62,502 nucleotides of DNA, filler included, from Chiloscyllium plagiosum (GCF_004010195.1; 5 parts of one record of this genome joined end to end with filler, not necessarily neighbours in it); one strand, 5' to 3'; counted from the whole stretch's first letter, positions 52,180 through 62,502 are shown. The notes: generated from the sequence alone by a model not told the origin. Numbers and translations are program-made.

Positions 52180-52441
52180 TAGAAGGTTGAATAGCCTCCT
52201 CTAGCCATTGAATGTTTAAAGAATTAACTAGGGATATACCAAGAGATGTTGATATGACACAATGTGTACAAAGTGTTTTATCAATTGGTATGGAAGTTTC
52301 TGGAACTTTTGCTTATTTCTTCAAACTTTTGGAAACAAGCCAAGGGCCAGGCCACCTCTCATACACACAAAGTTGCTCAAATAGCTCAAACTTCTTGGAG
52401 GCTCCTATTTGAATCGCCCTGGGTGTAATCCTTCCTGCACT

Positions 52442-52555
52442 TGAATGGACATGCCCAGGTAGGACCTCCCTCACGAATAGACATGTCCAAGTGGGACATC
52501 CGTCATGAATGGACATGTCCAAGTGGGACCTCCCTCATGAATAGACATTTCCAAA
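52442..52555. repeat. 32-bp tandem repeat, 3.5 copies
   Basis: Unit TGAATGGACATGTCCAAGTGGGACCTCCCTCA. Confidence 0.9.
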
Positions 52556-53140
52556 CAGAGCCTCTTGGTGGAACTCATATCTGGCATGGGTCATGGTGGT
52601 CTCAAAAACAGAACCATGTCTCCAAGTTTACAATGTAACAATTCAGAGAGCAGTAGAAAGCTAGTTACATGGTGTAAGGGGGCCATCATCTATCTCCACC
52701 ATAATGGGATGGCTTTGACCTTTAAACCATTCTGGGTGGACTTTGGCCAATCAAGTGGCCAATAACAGGCTACAACAGTCCAAATGCTGAGGGTCTGGGA
52801 GACCTGGGCCTTCTGGAAGGAAAAACACTTCATAATATTGGCTGCAACCCAAGGCAGTAAGAGACTTTATAAACATGGAGGTAGACCCATCAGAAGAAAG
52901 CCTGGTTCCGGATACACATGACTCCAAACCCACAGGAACACAGATGGCTACTAACTGCCCTCTGAGAAGACCGAGCAAACCACTCGGTTATATTCATGGT
53001 GGGCACAGCACCACCACCACCATCTTCTCGAGGGAAAATAGCGGTAGGCACTAAATGCAGGTTTTACGAACAAGGACCCATTCTTGCTCCTGTGTCCTAC
53101 TTTGGGCTGGTGGCCCGGACTGATTACAAGGAAAACTTAC

Positions 53141-53538
53141 GGTGTTCAGTTTGAGCTCCATGTTCAGGACACCTCCGCTGTCCAGAACTGGAACCAGATT
53201 GATCACAAACACAGCCGGTCTGTCTGGAGGCACAGAGATGTTCGGGCCAAAGAATATGTAGAAATGGACAGAGAAAGTATCCAGCTCATTCCTGAGGGTG
53301 GGGCGGATAGGCCAGCATTGGTGTCCCCCAGAAACTGTGTCCCGATGACCAGGGCCCTCCTGGGATGGCCACTCTGCTGAGCTTCTCTCTGAATCGTTCA
53401 GCCCCGGGGGAGCGAGTCCCGTGACAAGCAGGGTATCGAGAATGGACGGGCCACCAGGCGAACCGAACGACTGAGGCATGTTGAGCTTTGGGGTGATCAA
53501 CTCAGACACGCTCCTGGAAATGGCCGGCTTGGAGCAAT
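53141..53538 (-). CDS. TMEM8B: Internal coding exon of transmembrane protein 8B (398 nt, phase 1 to phase 0)
   Basis: Translation (D)CSKPAISRSVSELITPKLNMPQSF...HQCWPIRPTLRNELDTFSVHFYIFFGPNISVPPDRPAVFVINLVPVLDSGGVLNMELKLNT matches recalled human TMEM8B (MNMPQSL...HCWPVRPTLRNELDTFSVHFYIFFGPSVALPPERPAVFAMRLLPVLDSGGVLSLELQLNA). Acceptor cttgctctttgccttccAG and donor ACC|GTAAGT on the minus strand. Confidence 0.93.
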
Positions 53539-53688
53539 CTGGAAGGCAAAGAGCAAGTATTTTGCATTATCACAGTGTTTACAGGGCCGGGGGACGGTGA
53601 GGGGTGGAGAATGGGGATGGTGATGTCAGTGGGGCAAGGGGAGGTTATTTGGGGGAAGGTTCTGGGATGTGGGTGGGGGAGAGCGTGT

Positions 53689-53788
53689 NNNNNNNNNNNN
53701 NNNNNNNNNNNNNNNNNNNNNNNNNNNNNNNNTTAATTAATTAANNNNNNNNNNNNNNNNNNNNNNNNNNNNNNNNNNNNNNNNNNNN
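53689..53788. other. Artificial contig-joining linker
   Basis: Identical N44-TTAATTAATTAA-N44. Confidence 0.95.
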
Positions 53789-54166
53789 AAGGATGAGGGG
53801 TGACTTGATGGAGGTTTATAAGATGATCAGAGGAATAGATAGAGTAGACAGTCAGAAACTTTTTCTCCGGGTACAACAGAGTGTTACAAGGGGACATAAA
53901 TTTAAGGTGAAGGGTGGAAGGTATAGGGGAGATGTCAGGGGTGGGTTCTTTACCCAGAGAGTGGTGGGGGCATGGAATGCGCTGCCCGTGGGAGTGGTAG
54001 AGTCGGAATCATTGGCGACCTTTAAGCGGCATTTGGATAGGTACATGGATGGGTACTTAATCTAGGTTAGAAGTTCGGCACAACATCGTGGGCCGAAGGG
54101 CCTGTTCTGTGCTGTATTGTTCTATGTTCTATGTTCTATGTTCTATGTTCTATGTTCTATGTTCTA
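53789..54166 (+). mobile_element. Young CR1 3' end with (GTTCTAT)n tail
   Basis: MRGDLMEVYKMIRGIDRV...FFTQRVVGAWNALP...FKRHLDRYM. Confidence 0.92.
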
Positions 54167-54489
54167 ACCATCTGACTCAAACAGAAGGATATTACTATTA
54201 CTAATATAAAAAGAGAGAATTTCAAATCATAATTATAACGGAAGTGGCGGTAACTCCAATCCTTTGATTTAATGCTGTCAATTAGCTTTACAGGTTTGGA
54301 AATTCCTCAGCTGTTTGCTGAAGTGGTTTGTTGGTTTTTGATGGTACTGTTTGTGACAGTGGTAAAAGGACCATTTGTCCTTTTTGTTCTTTTAAAGTGT
54401 ATTTTTATAGCTCCAATCACAACCTCCAACCATGTGTGTTACAGCCAGTGAAGGACCTTTGAAATTTATTCATTCTTATAATGTAGGAT

Positions 54490-54740
54490 CATTAGCAACA
54501 CATTTGCACACAATAAGCTCCAACAAAACAATTTTCATAATATTTACCAGATAGTTTGTTCCATTGATGTTGGTAAGGTGATTAAATATTAGCTAGGACA
54601 CTGCAGAGAAACCCTCTACTCTCTTCTAATAGTACTAGGGATGTTTTGCATTTGCTTGAGAGGGTAATGGGGTTTTACTTTAATATTTTGTTCAAGAGCA
54701 GCACCTTCAATAGTGCAGCACTTGTTCAGTACTGAACCAT
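54490..54740 (-). mobile_element. Old Deu-domain SINE (SacSINE1-like)
   Basis: Reverse complement cagtactgaacaagtgctgcactattgaaggtgctg...gtgtcctagctaatattta...gtgcaaatgtgttgct. Confidence 0.6.
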
Positions 54741-55668
54741 AGCTGCCTCATGCCGCGCATTGTTAGTATTTAATAAATTTGTAAGAAAGTCCTCTGCTAT
54801 TTGAATGAAGACATGTTTCAAAAGGAAATCTTGCCCACGGTCAAATCAATATCATCATCACTAATGTCATTCTATGCTCATTTCTTCTCAATACTTTTTT
54901 ATTTCTTCCCTTCATTATTCAGAAATTGTCAATGTGCAACCTATCACTGATGCTCCATTGAAGGATTAACATTGTGCACTTTGCAGCATTCTTCTTTAAT
55001 TCCCTATACGTTTCTCCTCCTGGGATGTCTTTAGCGGCATCATTACATTTACTCCATCATTTAATCCATTGTTCCGTTCCATTGTTTTATTCCAGACGTA
55101 TTGGCACTCATCTGTTTCTCTTTGTCCCTCTTTGGCTGGGTTACCATCTCTCTGACTGCTAGATTAACTGCTCCTGGTGCCAAGGAGGCTTCTGTGCTTT
55201 TTGTATCGACGGCAAAGTCATAATGGCTAAGGTGCTTCATTATGCTTGTTCCAAATGCCCATTATGTCCCTGACAACTGCTTTAAAACAAATGTAGCTCT
55301 CTGTCCATGAAACCAGTAATATCTCGAATGCTACATCGAGAATCAATGGCAGGTTGGACTCACATTGCTGGAAGAAGTCCATAGATAGAGTGATAACAGA
55401 GACAACTATCAAAAAATTAGGTGTGCCTTTATTAAAGTGTTGCCCATTTTATCTGCTGTGATAAGCAAATGTTAAGTTTTCAGGGCAAGTATTACTCATG
55501 AGATGAAAATGGCTGACAGCTCTTCTTACCCTAAAACCAAATGAAAAGTGAGAAAACCTTCACAAAAAAAGCAGTTCCCCTTAAAAGAAAGTTGTACAAA
55601 GTCAGAGACATAGCTGCACAATGACCAAGGGCTGATAATGTGGTCCATCTGGAATGCTGCTGTACTCG

Positions 55669-56148
55669 TAGAATCCCAACAGTGTGGAAGCAGGCCATTC
55701 AGCCCATCAAGTTCACACAACCCTCTGAAGAACATCCCACCCAATCACTGTATCCCTGCATTTCATATGGCCAATCTTCCTAGGATGCGCAACCCCTGGA
55801 CACTATGGGGCAATTTAGCATGAAAATGTGTTGCTGGAAAAGCGCAGCAGGTCAGGCAGCATCCAAGGAACAGGAGAATCGACGTTTCTCCTTTTCCTTG
55901 GATGCTGCCTGACCTGCTGCGCTTTTACAGCAACACATTTTCAGCTCTGATCTCCAGCATCTGCAGCCCTCACTTTCTCTCGGCAATTTAGCATGGCCAA
56001 TCCACCTACCCTGCACATCTTTGGACTGTGGGAGGAAACCCACGCAGTCACAGGGAGAATGTACAGATTCCACAGGGTCGCCTGAGGCTGGAAAGTAACC
56101 TGGGTCACCTGGTGCTGTAAGGCAGCAGTGCTAACCACTGTCCCATGC
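55669..56148 (-). mobile_element. HE1-type V-SINE interrupted by a Penelope fold-back
   Basis: HE1 halves join at ggcaatttagcatggcc. Confidence 0.85.
55823..55981. mobile_element. Penelope fold-back insertion
   Basis: TSD GGCAATTTAGCATG at 55809-55822 and 55982-55995; ~55-bp inverted arms; tail only on the right. Confidence 0.85.
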
Positions 56149-56788
56149 TGTATTCAGCATTGAAGCATGCAGTCTGTTCACTGCAAAGTTCTGTCAGTGG
56201 TTACAGATGGTACAACACTCAATAAGCCCTCAGTTTCTTTGAAAAGGAAGGACAGGCCTTATAATATACAGGGAACACCAAGATGGGCAGACAAGATTTT
56301 CTTGTGTCACTCACCATGTTAGCAATGTAGTGAAAACAAGCAAGAACACTTTCCAGTCACCACACCTACTCAAAGTTAACCTGTCCCTGGTTTGTGAATT
56401 CTTTCCGATGTCCCAGAAACATCTGCTTAGACACATAGACAGTTCCAAGTTCTTCAGAAGACAGGCAGAGAGTGCAACACCAACTAGGCAACATGTCTGC
56501 CAAATATCCATTGTCCCTAGGTGGCTAAGAATTCAGCATATGTACTCTATCACTTCATCCCAGGAGTTCACAACATCTTGGAAAGAGACCTGTGCCCAGA
56601 GAATGACAATTAAAAAATATTGGGATAGACTTGTTGATATTTTAACTAGCAGTGCTCATAAACATATCAAGGTTGGGGCTACTACAAAAGGAACCCAGAA
56701 ATTACCCAAATAAACCATCAACTTGTGGTTCAAAAATGACCACTCCTGCCTCAGAGTAAGGAAGTCATGTGTTCAAGACTTGTAAAAC

Positions 56789-59125
56789 TAGAACATAGAA
56801 CAATACACGCAGAACAGGCCTTTCGGCCCTTGATGTTATGCCGACCTGTGGACTTTTCTCAGCTCGTCCCCCTACACTATCCCAAAATCATCCATGTGCT
56901 TATCTAAGGATTGTTTAAATCTCCCTAATGTGGCTGAGTTGACTACCTTAGCAGGTAGGGCATTCCATGCCCTTACCACTCTCTGTGTAAAGAACTTGCC
57001 TTTCATATCAGTCTTAAATCTGTCACCCCTCAATTTGTACTTATGCCCCCTCGTACACACTGACATCATCATCCTAGGAAAAGGTCTTTCTCTGTCTACC
57101 CTATCTAATCCTCTGATCATCTTGTATGTCTCTATCAAATCACCCCTTAGCCTTCTTCTTTCCAATGAGAAAAGTCCCAAGTCTCTCAGCCTTTCCTCAT
57201 AAGACCTTCCCTGCAGACCAGGCAACATCCTGGTAAATCTCCTCTGCACCTTTTCCAATGCTTCCACATCCTTTTTGTAATGGGGCGACCAGAACTGTAC
57301 ACAATATTCCAAATGTGGCCGCACCAGCGTTTTGTATAGTTGCAGCATGATATTGCAGTTCCGGAACTCAATCCCTCTACTTAATGAAACCTAACACACT
57401 GTATGCCTTCTTAACAGCACTGTCCACCTGGGCGGCAACTTTCAGGGATCTATGCACATGGACTCCAAGATCCCTCTGCACATCCACACTACTAAGAATC
57501 TTTCCATTGACCAAGTACTCTGCCATCCTGTTATTCTTCCCAAAGTGCATCACCTCACATTTAGCTGCATTGAACACCATTTGCCACCTGTCAGCCCAAT
57601 TCTGCAGTTTATCCAAGTTCCCCTGCAACCTGTAACATTCTTCCAAACTGTCCACTACTCCACCGACTCTAGTGTCGTCTGCAAATTTACTAATCCGTCC
57701 ACCTATGCCTGCATCTCTGTCATTTATAGAAATGACAAACAGCAGTGGTCCCAAAACAGATCCTTGTGGAACACCATTAGTAACTGGACTCCAGACTGAA
57801 TATTTTCCATCAATCACCACTCGCTGCCTTCTTCCAGAAAGCCAGTTTCTAATCCAAACTGCTAAACCACCCTCAATTCCATGCCTCTGCATTTTCTCCA
57901 TTACCCTACCACCATGTGGAACCTTATCAAAAGCTTTACTGAAGTCCATGTATACCATGTCAAATGCCCTACCTTCATCTACATGCTTGGTCACCTTCTC
58001 AAATAATTCAATGAGGTTTGTGAGACACGACCTGCCCTTGACAAAACCATGTTGACTGTCTGAAATCAAATTGTTGCTTGCGAGATGATTATAAATCTTA
58101 TCTCTTATAATCCTTTCCAAAACCTTTCCTGCAACAGAAGTAAGGCTCAGTGGTCCAGAATTACCTGGATCATCTCTACTGCCCTTCTTGAACAAGGGCA
58201 CAACATTTGCAATCCTCCAGTCCTCTGGTACTAAACCCGTAGACAATGACGACTCAAATATTGAAGCCAAAGGCTCTTCTATCTCCTCCCTAGCTTCCCA
58301 GAGAATCCTTGGATAAATCCCATCCGGCCCAGGGGACTTGTCTACTTTCACTCCTTCTAGAATTGATAACACCTGTTCATAACTAACCTCAATCCTTTCT
58401 AATCTAATATCTCGTACCTCACTTTTCTCCTCTACAATATTCTCCTTTTCCTGGGTAAACACCGATGAGAAATGTTCATTTAGCACCTCTCCGATCTCTA
58501 CAGGGTCCACACTCAACTTCCCACTTCTGTCTTTGACTGGCCCTATTCCTACCCTAATCATCCTTTTATTCCTCACATACCTATAGAAAGCTTTAGGGTT
58601 CTCCTTTATTCTATTTGCTAAAGACTGCTCGTGTCCTCTCTTTGCTCTTCTTAACTTTCTCTTTAAATCCTTCCTAGCTGATCTGTAATTCTCCACCACC
58701 TCATCTGAACCCTCTTGCCTCATCAACACATAAGCCTCTTTCTTCTTCTTAAGAAGAGATGCAATTTCTGTTGTAAACCACGGTTCCCTTACCTTATCAC
58801 TTCCTCCCTGCCTGACAGGGTAATATCTGTTCCTTAAACCAGCTCCACATTTCCATGGTGTGCATCCCCTGCATTTTGCTATCCCATTCTATGCATCCTA
58901 ATTCTTGCCTAATCGCATTATAATTGTCCTTACCCCGTCGATCACTCTCGACCTGTGGCATGTACCAATCCCTTTCCATTGCTAAATTAAACGTAACTGA
59001 ATTATGGTCACTCTACCTACAACTAAATCAAACACCTGGTCTGGTTCATTACCAAGCACCAGATCCAATGTGGCCTCCCTCCTTGTCAGCACTTCGACAT
59101 ACTGTGTCAGGAAACCCTCCTGTAC
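56789..59125 (-). mobile_element. CR1/HER1 LINE, 2.3 kb, young, 5'-truncated, nearly complete RT
   Basis: 450-aa ORF with KSPGPDGI, WRIANVVPLFKKG, QHGFVKGRSC, DFSKAFDKV, GVPQGSVLGP, FADD; C-terminus in another frame (56872-57348). Confidence 0.95.
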
Positions 59126-59322
59126 ACCCTCCTGTATAATCCAGACTGAAATTCAAGAGCAATACTTCAGGAGTGCTGTACTGTCAGATCTAATATCTTT
59201 CAGATGAGATAATAACCAAGTCTCTGTTTTCTCAGGTGGGCATAAAGCATCCCACTAGAACTACAAAGAAGGGAAAAGGCATTTCTCCCTGGTATTCTGG
59301 TCAATACTGTACATACTGCTTA

Positions 59323-59530
59323 GCTGAAAATGTGTTGCTGGAAAAGCGTAGCAGGTCAGGCAGCATCCAAGGAACAGGAGAATCGACGTTTCGGGCATAA
59401 GCCCTTCTTCAGGAAATCTATGCCCGAAACATCGATTCTCCTGTTCCTTGGATGCTGCCTGACCTGCTGCGCTTTTCCAGCAACACATTTTCAGCTCTGA
59501 TCTCCAACATCTGCAGTCCTCACTTCCTCC
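59323..59530. mobile_element. Penelope fold-back insertion
   Basis: Perfect TSD CTGTACATACTGCTTA at 59307-59322 and 59531-59546; ~75-bp inverted arms. Confidence 0.88.
59381..59415 (-). ncRNA. Minimal hammerhead ribozyme motif
   Basis: Reverse complement ttc-CTGAAGA-a-GGGC-ttat-GCCC-GAAACGTC-gatt. Confidence 0.65.
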
Positions 59531-60180
59531 CTGTACATACTGCTTAACCTACATCACTAAATACAGATTAGCAGTTCATTATCACTTTATTGTTTGCGAG
59601 AGCTGTGTGTAAATTAGCTGCCTCGTTTCCATCTATAAATTGTTCGAAAGTGTTTTTCTTCTAAGAGCAAATACCCTGGATGCTGAAAATCTGATATGAA
59701 AACAAAAAATGATGGAAATACTCATAAGTGACAAACAGAATTAGCATTTCAATCAATCGACTTTATTCAGAACAAATTAATTACCTTCAGCTGAGGGAAA
59801 AGAATCAGCATGCAGCCAAGAACTTTCTTACACAGCAAGTTGTTGTGATCTGGGAATGCGCTGTCTGACAGAATGGTGAGAAATATTCCAATATAATTTT
59901 AAAGGGAGGATTGAAGTCCACTTGAAATGGAAATCTTTGCAGCACTAGGGAAAGAATGTGGGGTGGAACTAATTGGACAACTGTTTCAAAGAGCCAAGAC
60001 AGACATGGTGACCTGAATGTCCTCCTTCTGTAATAAGATTCAATGATTTGCTTTCAAGCTTTCAAGGTGTCACAAAGCCAATTCAAATACAGTGAGTAAT
60101 TTTTTGGAGTGTACTGCCTGCTGTTCATAAGGGTGACACGCAAGATGAAATAAGGATAGTGCTGCTGTTGTTTCTTCCAG

Positions 60181-60297
60181 ATCCGCAATGTTGCTACGAA
60201 CCGGTGTGTGGACAGTAAACATGGAGCTACAGGAGCAGAATTGAGGCTGGACGTCTGCATTAAGGATGGCTCGGAACGCACATGGTCACATGAGCAG
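60181..60297 (+). CDS. GALNTL6: Internal coding exon of polypeptide N-acetylgalactosaminyltransferase-like 6, start of the ricin-type lectin domain (117 nt, phase 0-0)
   Basis: ttgtttcttcc[47 protein letters not shown]. Near-identical to recalled human GALNTL6 [39 protein letters not shown] and much less like GALNT10. Too short for the ORF track. Ortholog versus close paralog is not resolved. Confidence 0.92.
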
Positions 60298-60387
60298 GTA
60301 CCATAAAGTCTAGCCATAGAGTCATACAGATAGAAACAGGTCCTTTGGCCTAACATGTCTATGCCAATCAACAAACACCAAACCATA

Positions 60388-60638
60388 GTTTTAAGCTGGT
60401 TGGAGGAAAGTATAGAGGGGATGTCAGAGGCGGGTTCTTTACACAGAGTTGTGAGAGTATGGAATGCGTTGCCAGCAGCAGTTGTGGAAACAAGGTCATT
60501 GGGGACATTTAAGAGATTGCTGGACACGCATATGGTCACAGAAATTTGAGGGTGCATACATGAGGATCAATGGTCGGCACAACATCGTGGGCTGAAGGGC
60601 CTGTTCTGTGCTGTACTGTTCTATGTTCTATGTTCTAT
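60388..60638 (+). mobile_element. CR1 3' end inserted near the tail of an antisense CR1
   Basis: RVVRVWNALP...TFKRLLDTHM, (gttctat)n. Confidence 0.85.
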
Positions 60639-62395
60639 ATGAATCCTATTTACTGGCACTTAGTACATAGCCTCCTATTCCCCAGCATTTTAAGTGCTCA
60701 TCCAGATGCTACTTAAATGTTGCAAGAGTATCTGCCTCCACCACCCTCTCAGACACTTGCACCCTCTAGTCAAAGCATTTTTCCTCAGATTCCCCCCTAC
60801 TATACATACTCCTTATGCCCTCTGGTCTCAGGCACATCCGCCATGGAGAAAGGATTCACATGATCTGCCTTGTCTATATCTCATAATTTATATTCCTCAA
60901 TCAGATCCCCTCCCAGTCTGCTCTGCTCCAGGGAAAACAAACCCAGCCTATCCTGTCTCTCCTCATAACTGACACTTTACACTCAAGGCAATATTCTGGT
61001 GAAACTCTTCTGCACTCTCTCCAGTGCTATCACATCCTTCAGATAGTGTGTCAATCAGAATTACACACAGTGTTCCATCTGTGGCCTAACCAATGCAACA
61101 AGAGTTCCCTACTCTTACATTCTATCTCCTGGCTAATGAAGGCAAACATCCCATATGCCTCCTCATCACCCTGTCTACTTGTGCTGGTATGGACCAAGGT
61201 CCCTTTGTTCCTCAGTAATGCCTAGCATTCATTGTGTAAATCCTTACCATATTAAACCTCTCAAAGTGCATCATTTCACATTTATCTGGATTAAATCTCA
61301 TCTGCCATTACTCTGCCCAATTTGCCAGCTGATCAATGTCAGACTGTAATCTAAGATCATCTTTATCTTTGTCAACAATACCACAATCTTCATCTACAAA
61401 CGTACTAATTATGCCTCTACATTCATATCCAAGCCAGTAATGTACGTAACAAACAGCGTGGGTCTAGCACCGATCCTAATGTTACACCATGATCACAGGC
61501 TTCAATTACAAAAACAACCCTCTACCAGCATCCTTTGCCTCCTGTTTGCGAGCCAATTTTGGATCAAATTTGTCTTGGATCTCAAGGGCTGTTAACTTTT
61601 GGACCAACCTTCTATGTGGAATCTTCTCAAAGGCCTTACTGAAGTCCATGTAAACCACATCAACTGCACTATCCTCATCCATATCAATATTAATTTTAAC
61701 ATGCTCTAGAATCTCACCATCCCAACTGAAATATCCACAATGTTTTGCTCCTCTGTGAATACGGATGAGAATTATTTATTTAAGGCCTCACCCATGTCCT
61801 CTGGCTCAATTGCATTGATTGCCATTGGATCTCAAATAGGCCACATTGTTTCTCTGGTAATCCTCTTGCTCTTAATATACTGAGAATATACCTTGAGGTT
61901 TTCCTTAATCCCACCAAAGATGGGCCCACTTTGGGCCCAGCTGGGTTTCATGGCCCTACTTTGCCCTCCGAATTTCTTTTCTTAAGCACTGTCTATACTT
62001 CTGAATGGCCTGTTGTGTTTTTAAAGCTCTGTACCTAATACATGCTTCCTTCTTTATTATCAAACTCTTGATATCTCTTCACATCCAGCATTCCTTGGAC
62101 TTGCTATCCTTGCCATTCACTCTTAGAGGAACACACTGACTCTGAAATCTCACTATACTATTTTTAAAAGATTTCCAATTTCCAAATGTAGATATACCTG
62201 CAAGTAGCTGCCCCCAATCTATGTTTGCAAGATCCTGAATAATGATATTGAAATCAGCCTTCCCCAAATTAGACACTTATCTTTTGCAGCACTCTTATCC
62301 TTTTCCATAAAATCTTTAAAGCTTACAAAGTTATGGTCACTATTCCCAAAATCGCCTCCTCACACTTCTTGACCAGCTTCATTTCCTAGGATTAG
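60639..62395 (-). mobile_element. Degraded CR1 LINE (tail at ~60315-60387)
   Basis: Minus-strand MDFSKAFEKIPH and NLGKADFNIIIQDLANIDW motifs. Confidence 0.75.
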
Positions 62396-62400
62396 GTAAA

Positions 62401-62502
62401 AGTGGGCGGCACGGTGGCACAGTGGTTAGCACTGCTGCCTCACAGCGCCTGAGACCCGGGTTCAATTCCCGCCTCAGGCGACTGACTGTGTGGAGTTTGC
62501 AC
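62401..62502 (+). mobile_element. HE1-type V-SINE head, runs off the window end
   Basis: agtgggcggcacggtggcacagtggttagc...gggttcaattccc. Confidence 0.9.

Larger units (their letters stand above)
59130..59640 (+). mobile_element. Old Deu-domain SINE body (head at ~56735-56788), interrupted by a Penelope fold-back
   Basis: gagtgctgtactgtcaga...ctttcagatgaga...ctcaggtgg...catcactaaatacagatta...aaattagctgcctcgtttcc. Confidence 0.65.

Noticed and set aside
48440..53140. Next TMEM8B exon downstream of the identified one
   Set aside because: No minus-strand segment resembling the expected VFGCLxH..PL peptide was found by eye; it probably lies outside this segment.
57377..58729. 450-aa RT ORF as a domesticated or novel RT gene
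   Set aside because: Ordinary CR1 ORF2 piece: 5'-truncated, disrupted before the C-terminus, with substitutions in conserved motifs (e.g. NSGPLSLTS).
53141..60297. TMEM8B nested antisense within GALNTL6
   Set aside because: An artificial linker (53689-53788) separates the two exons, so the adjacency is unsupported.
62401..62475. tRNA genes
   Set aside because: The A/B boxes belong to SINE heads that continue into the V-domain; no full cloverleaf.

Overview
AT-rich, repeat-dense vertebrate DNA, very probably from a shark or other elasmobranch: it carries HE1/V-SINEs, HER1/CR1 LINEs, SacSINE1-like Deu-SINEs and Penelope-like elements. The window is most likely not one locus. Four identical 100-bp artificial linkers (N44-TTAATTAATTAA-N44) divide it into five segments: 1-19693, 19794-28491, 28592-48339, 48440-53688 and 53789-62502. 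Two host coding exons are recognisable from memory of the human proteins: a TMEM8B exon (53141-53538, -) and a GALNTL6 ricin-lectin exon (60181-60297, +). The rest is mostly mobile DNA: many CR1 fragments, 13 HE1 SINEs, Penelope-like ORF pieces and hammerhead-bearing terminal repeats, a young 5'-truncated L1, a Gmr1-type Gypsy remnant (PR-IN-RT order), a Rex1/Babar fragment, a Tigger-like MITE, and 11-, 23- and 32-bp tandem repeats. I found no convincing new protein-coding system. The most interesting signal is a series of Penelope insertions with 12-16-bp target-site duplications (TSDs). In four fold-back copies the inverted arm stops at the same point ~35 nt short of the element 3' end, and there is also a tail-only insertion and a four-level nest. 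Repeat family names are pattern recognition, not database searches, and repeat coordinates are approximate.
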